Shown: in pieces, positions 62,481-64,000 of the stretch | How positions within the stretch are numbered: position 1 is the stretch's first letter | Layout of the letters: the number at the start of each line of letters is the position of its first letter | Assembly (NCBI GenBank): GCA_001643675.2 | Contig: LSRY02000037.1 | Span: forward strand, 930,001-994,000 | Reading direction: 5' to 3' | Length of the DNA: 64,000 nt | From: Monocercomonoides exilis PA203 | Lineage: Eukaryota; Protista; Preaxostyla | Notes under the pieces: generated by a model | Told to the model about the DNA's origin: nothing | Seen by the model: only the letters and a program-made list of their open reading frames with translations | Database searches by the model: none | Made by a program: the position numbers and the translations under genes

Positions 62481-63310
62481 CCAAAAATTATAGCAAAATA
62501 AGATAACGTTCTGTGATGTGATTGATGTGATTGATGTGATTGAGGTGATAGAAGAAGATGAAGAAGAAGAAGTTGGATTGGAAAGAGAAAAAGAGGAGAT
62601 GTTGGAAAGAGACGAAGGAGAGGAGATTTTTGGAGGTTGAAGAGGAAGAAGAGAAGAATCAGAAAAAAGAACAAAGAAAGAAAATAAACGATTATTTAAC
62701 AGATCGCTTATGTTTTTTTCATTGAGTTTTCAATGTTAATTCAGCTCTCTTTATCAAAATTGTGTGTAATTACTTTCTTTTAATTCCTGAATTATTATTG
62801 CATTCAAAACATCTCCGAGTTTATGCCACTTCATTTTATACCAATTTGTGTGAAACATTTTTCGTGTTGCAATTTGTATTATGATGTGTAATTCATCGCA
62901 AATAATATAAAATCTTCATCCTCAGTTTTGATAATTCTGTCAAGCTTCATTCCTTATCCATCTTATTTTAAAATAAAATCAATTATTCCTACCAAACCTT
63001 TTGTGCATGTTCTCCCTTTTTTGACCACGAATCTGAGTTTGTTTGCAAAACATAAAATGCGTTTTTATTATGGAATGCAATCAAAAAAAAATTTTTTTTA
63101 TAATAAAGTTGAAAATGAAAAAATTTGAAGGCTGATGAAGTGCTTTGTGAAATGTTGTTTTGGACAATGAATAAATTATGTCAGATAGATTAACACACAA
63201 TTTCTTTCAAAAACTTAAAATTTAAAAAAGTTATCAATGATATTTTTAACAAAATTGTTTTGAAAGTCAATTTCTGAATGAAAAGAAAAGTTCTCAGAAA
63301 AGAATATTCA

Positions 63311-63395
63311 TTCGACAGATAGATCTTTTCGACTGACTGATCTTTCGAACGACTGATCTTTGTCGTTCGACTGATCTCGACAAAGATCTGTCGAT
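63311..63395. repeat. Subterminal GACTGATCT/TCGAC repeat cluster of the hAT-like element
   Basis: Three to four GACTGATCT units bracketed by inverted TCGACAGAT / ATCTGTCGA. Confidence 0.8.
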
Positions 63396-64000
63396 TACCC
63401 ATTGAAATTTTTAAAAATCAATAAATTAAATATTTGTCAGTTGGAATCTTTTAATAATAAAATATATTAAAATATGAAAATAAATTGAATAAAATTTGAA
63501 AAACTTAATCTTGATTTGTCGTTTTTTCGTTTATCATAATATATAGTATTAGCAAACTGTCTTGTCGGTCGACTTGTCGAGCCATGAAAAAAATGTCGGT
63601 CTGTCGCAAAGGCCTAAAGACCACTTCATTCAAATAAAAGGCCAAAAATTAAAAATCAACAAGAGATTTTGAATTAGAAAAGATCATTCAAATTAATAAC
63701 AATTGTGGGAAGTGAAAATTAAAACAAACAAAAAACACTGAAAAAATTAATGTGGAAATAAAAGAAAAATTGAACCTTTTTTGACAGTCTTATTAACCAA
63801 ACCTCGATAATTCTATGGAAGCGTGTTAACATACTTAAATAAAATAAATGTTAAATAAATAATTTGTCAATAAAGTGAAATTATAATTTGTTTTCAGTTT
63901 TGCGTGAAGAATGATTCGCTTCGAAGATAATTTTTATAGTTTTTGCATAAATAATAAAAAGAAAACAACATAATTCTGACAATTATATGAGAAAAATATT

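Larger units (their letters stand above)
59997..63616. mobile_element. Non-autonomous hAT-like element (3.6 kb) with gene-like cargo
   Basis: 15-bp perfect TIR TAGGCCTTTGCGACA / TGTCGCAAAGGCCTA. 8-bp TSD AAGACCAC (59989-96 and 63617-24). Subterminal CGAC/GTCG clusters. No transposase inside. Confidence 0.9.

Noticed and set aside
1-64000. Host uses a TAA/TAG=Gln code
   Set aside because: Multi-thousand-codon ORFs lack TAR, and intact genes end in TAG (24009, 57443) or TAA (50695).

Overview
This is eukaryotic, AT-rich protist DNA with short GT-AG introns. The expanded gene families and poly-Ser-rich proteins look like an oxymonad (Monocercomonoides-like); that assignment comes from family recognition only. 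Intact genes use the standard code and end in TAA, TAG or TGA. Core content: (i) a ~17.7-kb, ~5,500-aa USP9X/USP24/USP34-type deubiquitinase gene (24009-41748, minus) with one unexplained frame change and an 818-nt intron holding 72 perfect GAGGAA units; (ii) two large Cys-rich surface proteins plus fragments of that family; (iii) three paralogs of a two-intron, lineage-expanded 'KEVEMALLALS...EEEGYED' family; (iv) an orphan protein made of twelve 30-aa ankyrin-like repeats. The rest is dense in decayed DNA transposons: three pogo/Fot-like DD35D elements with unrelated TIRs but a shared intron position, a 3.6-kb hAT-like element (8-bp TSD) carrying a decayed, poly(A)-tailed gene-like cargo, three MITE families (one nested, one with ANNT 4-bp TSDs), two adjacent foldback palindromes, and ABCC and helicase-like pseudogenes. 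No rRNA, tRNA or CRISPR array was recognised.
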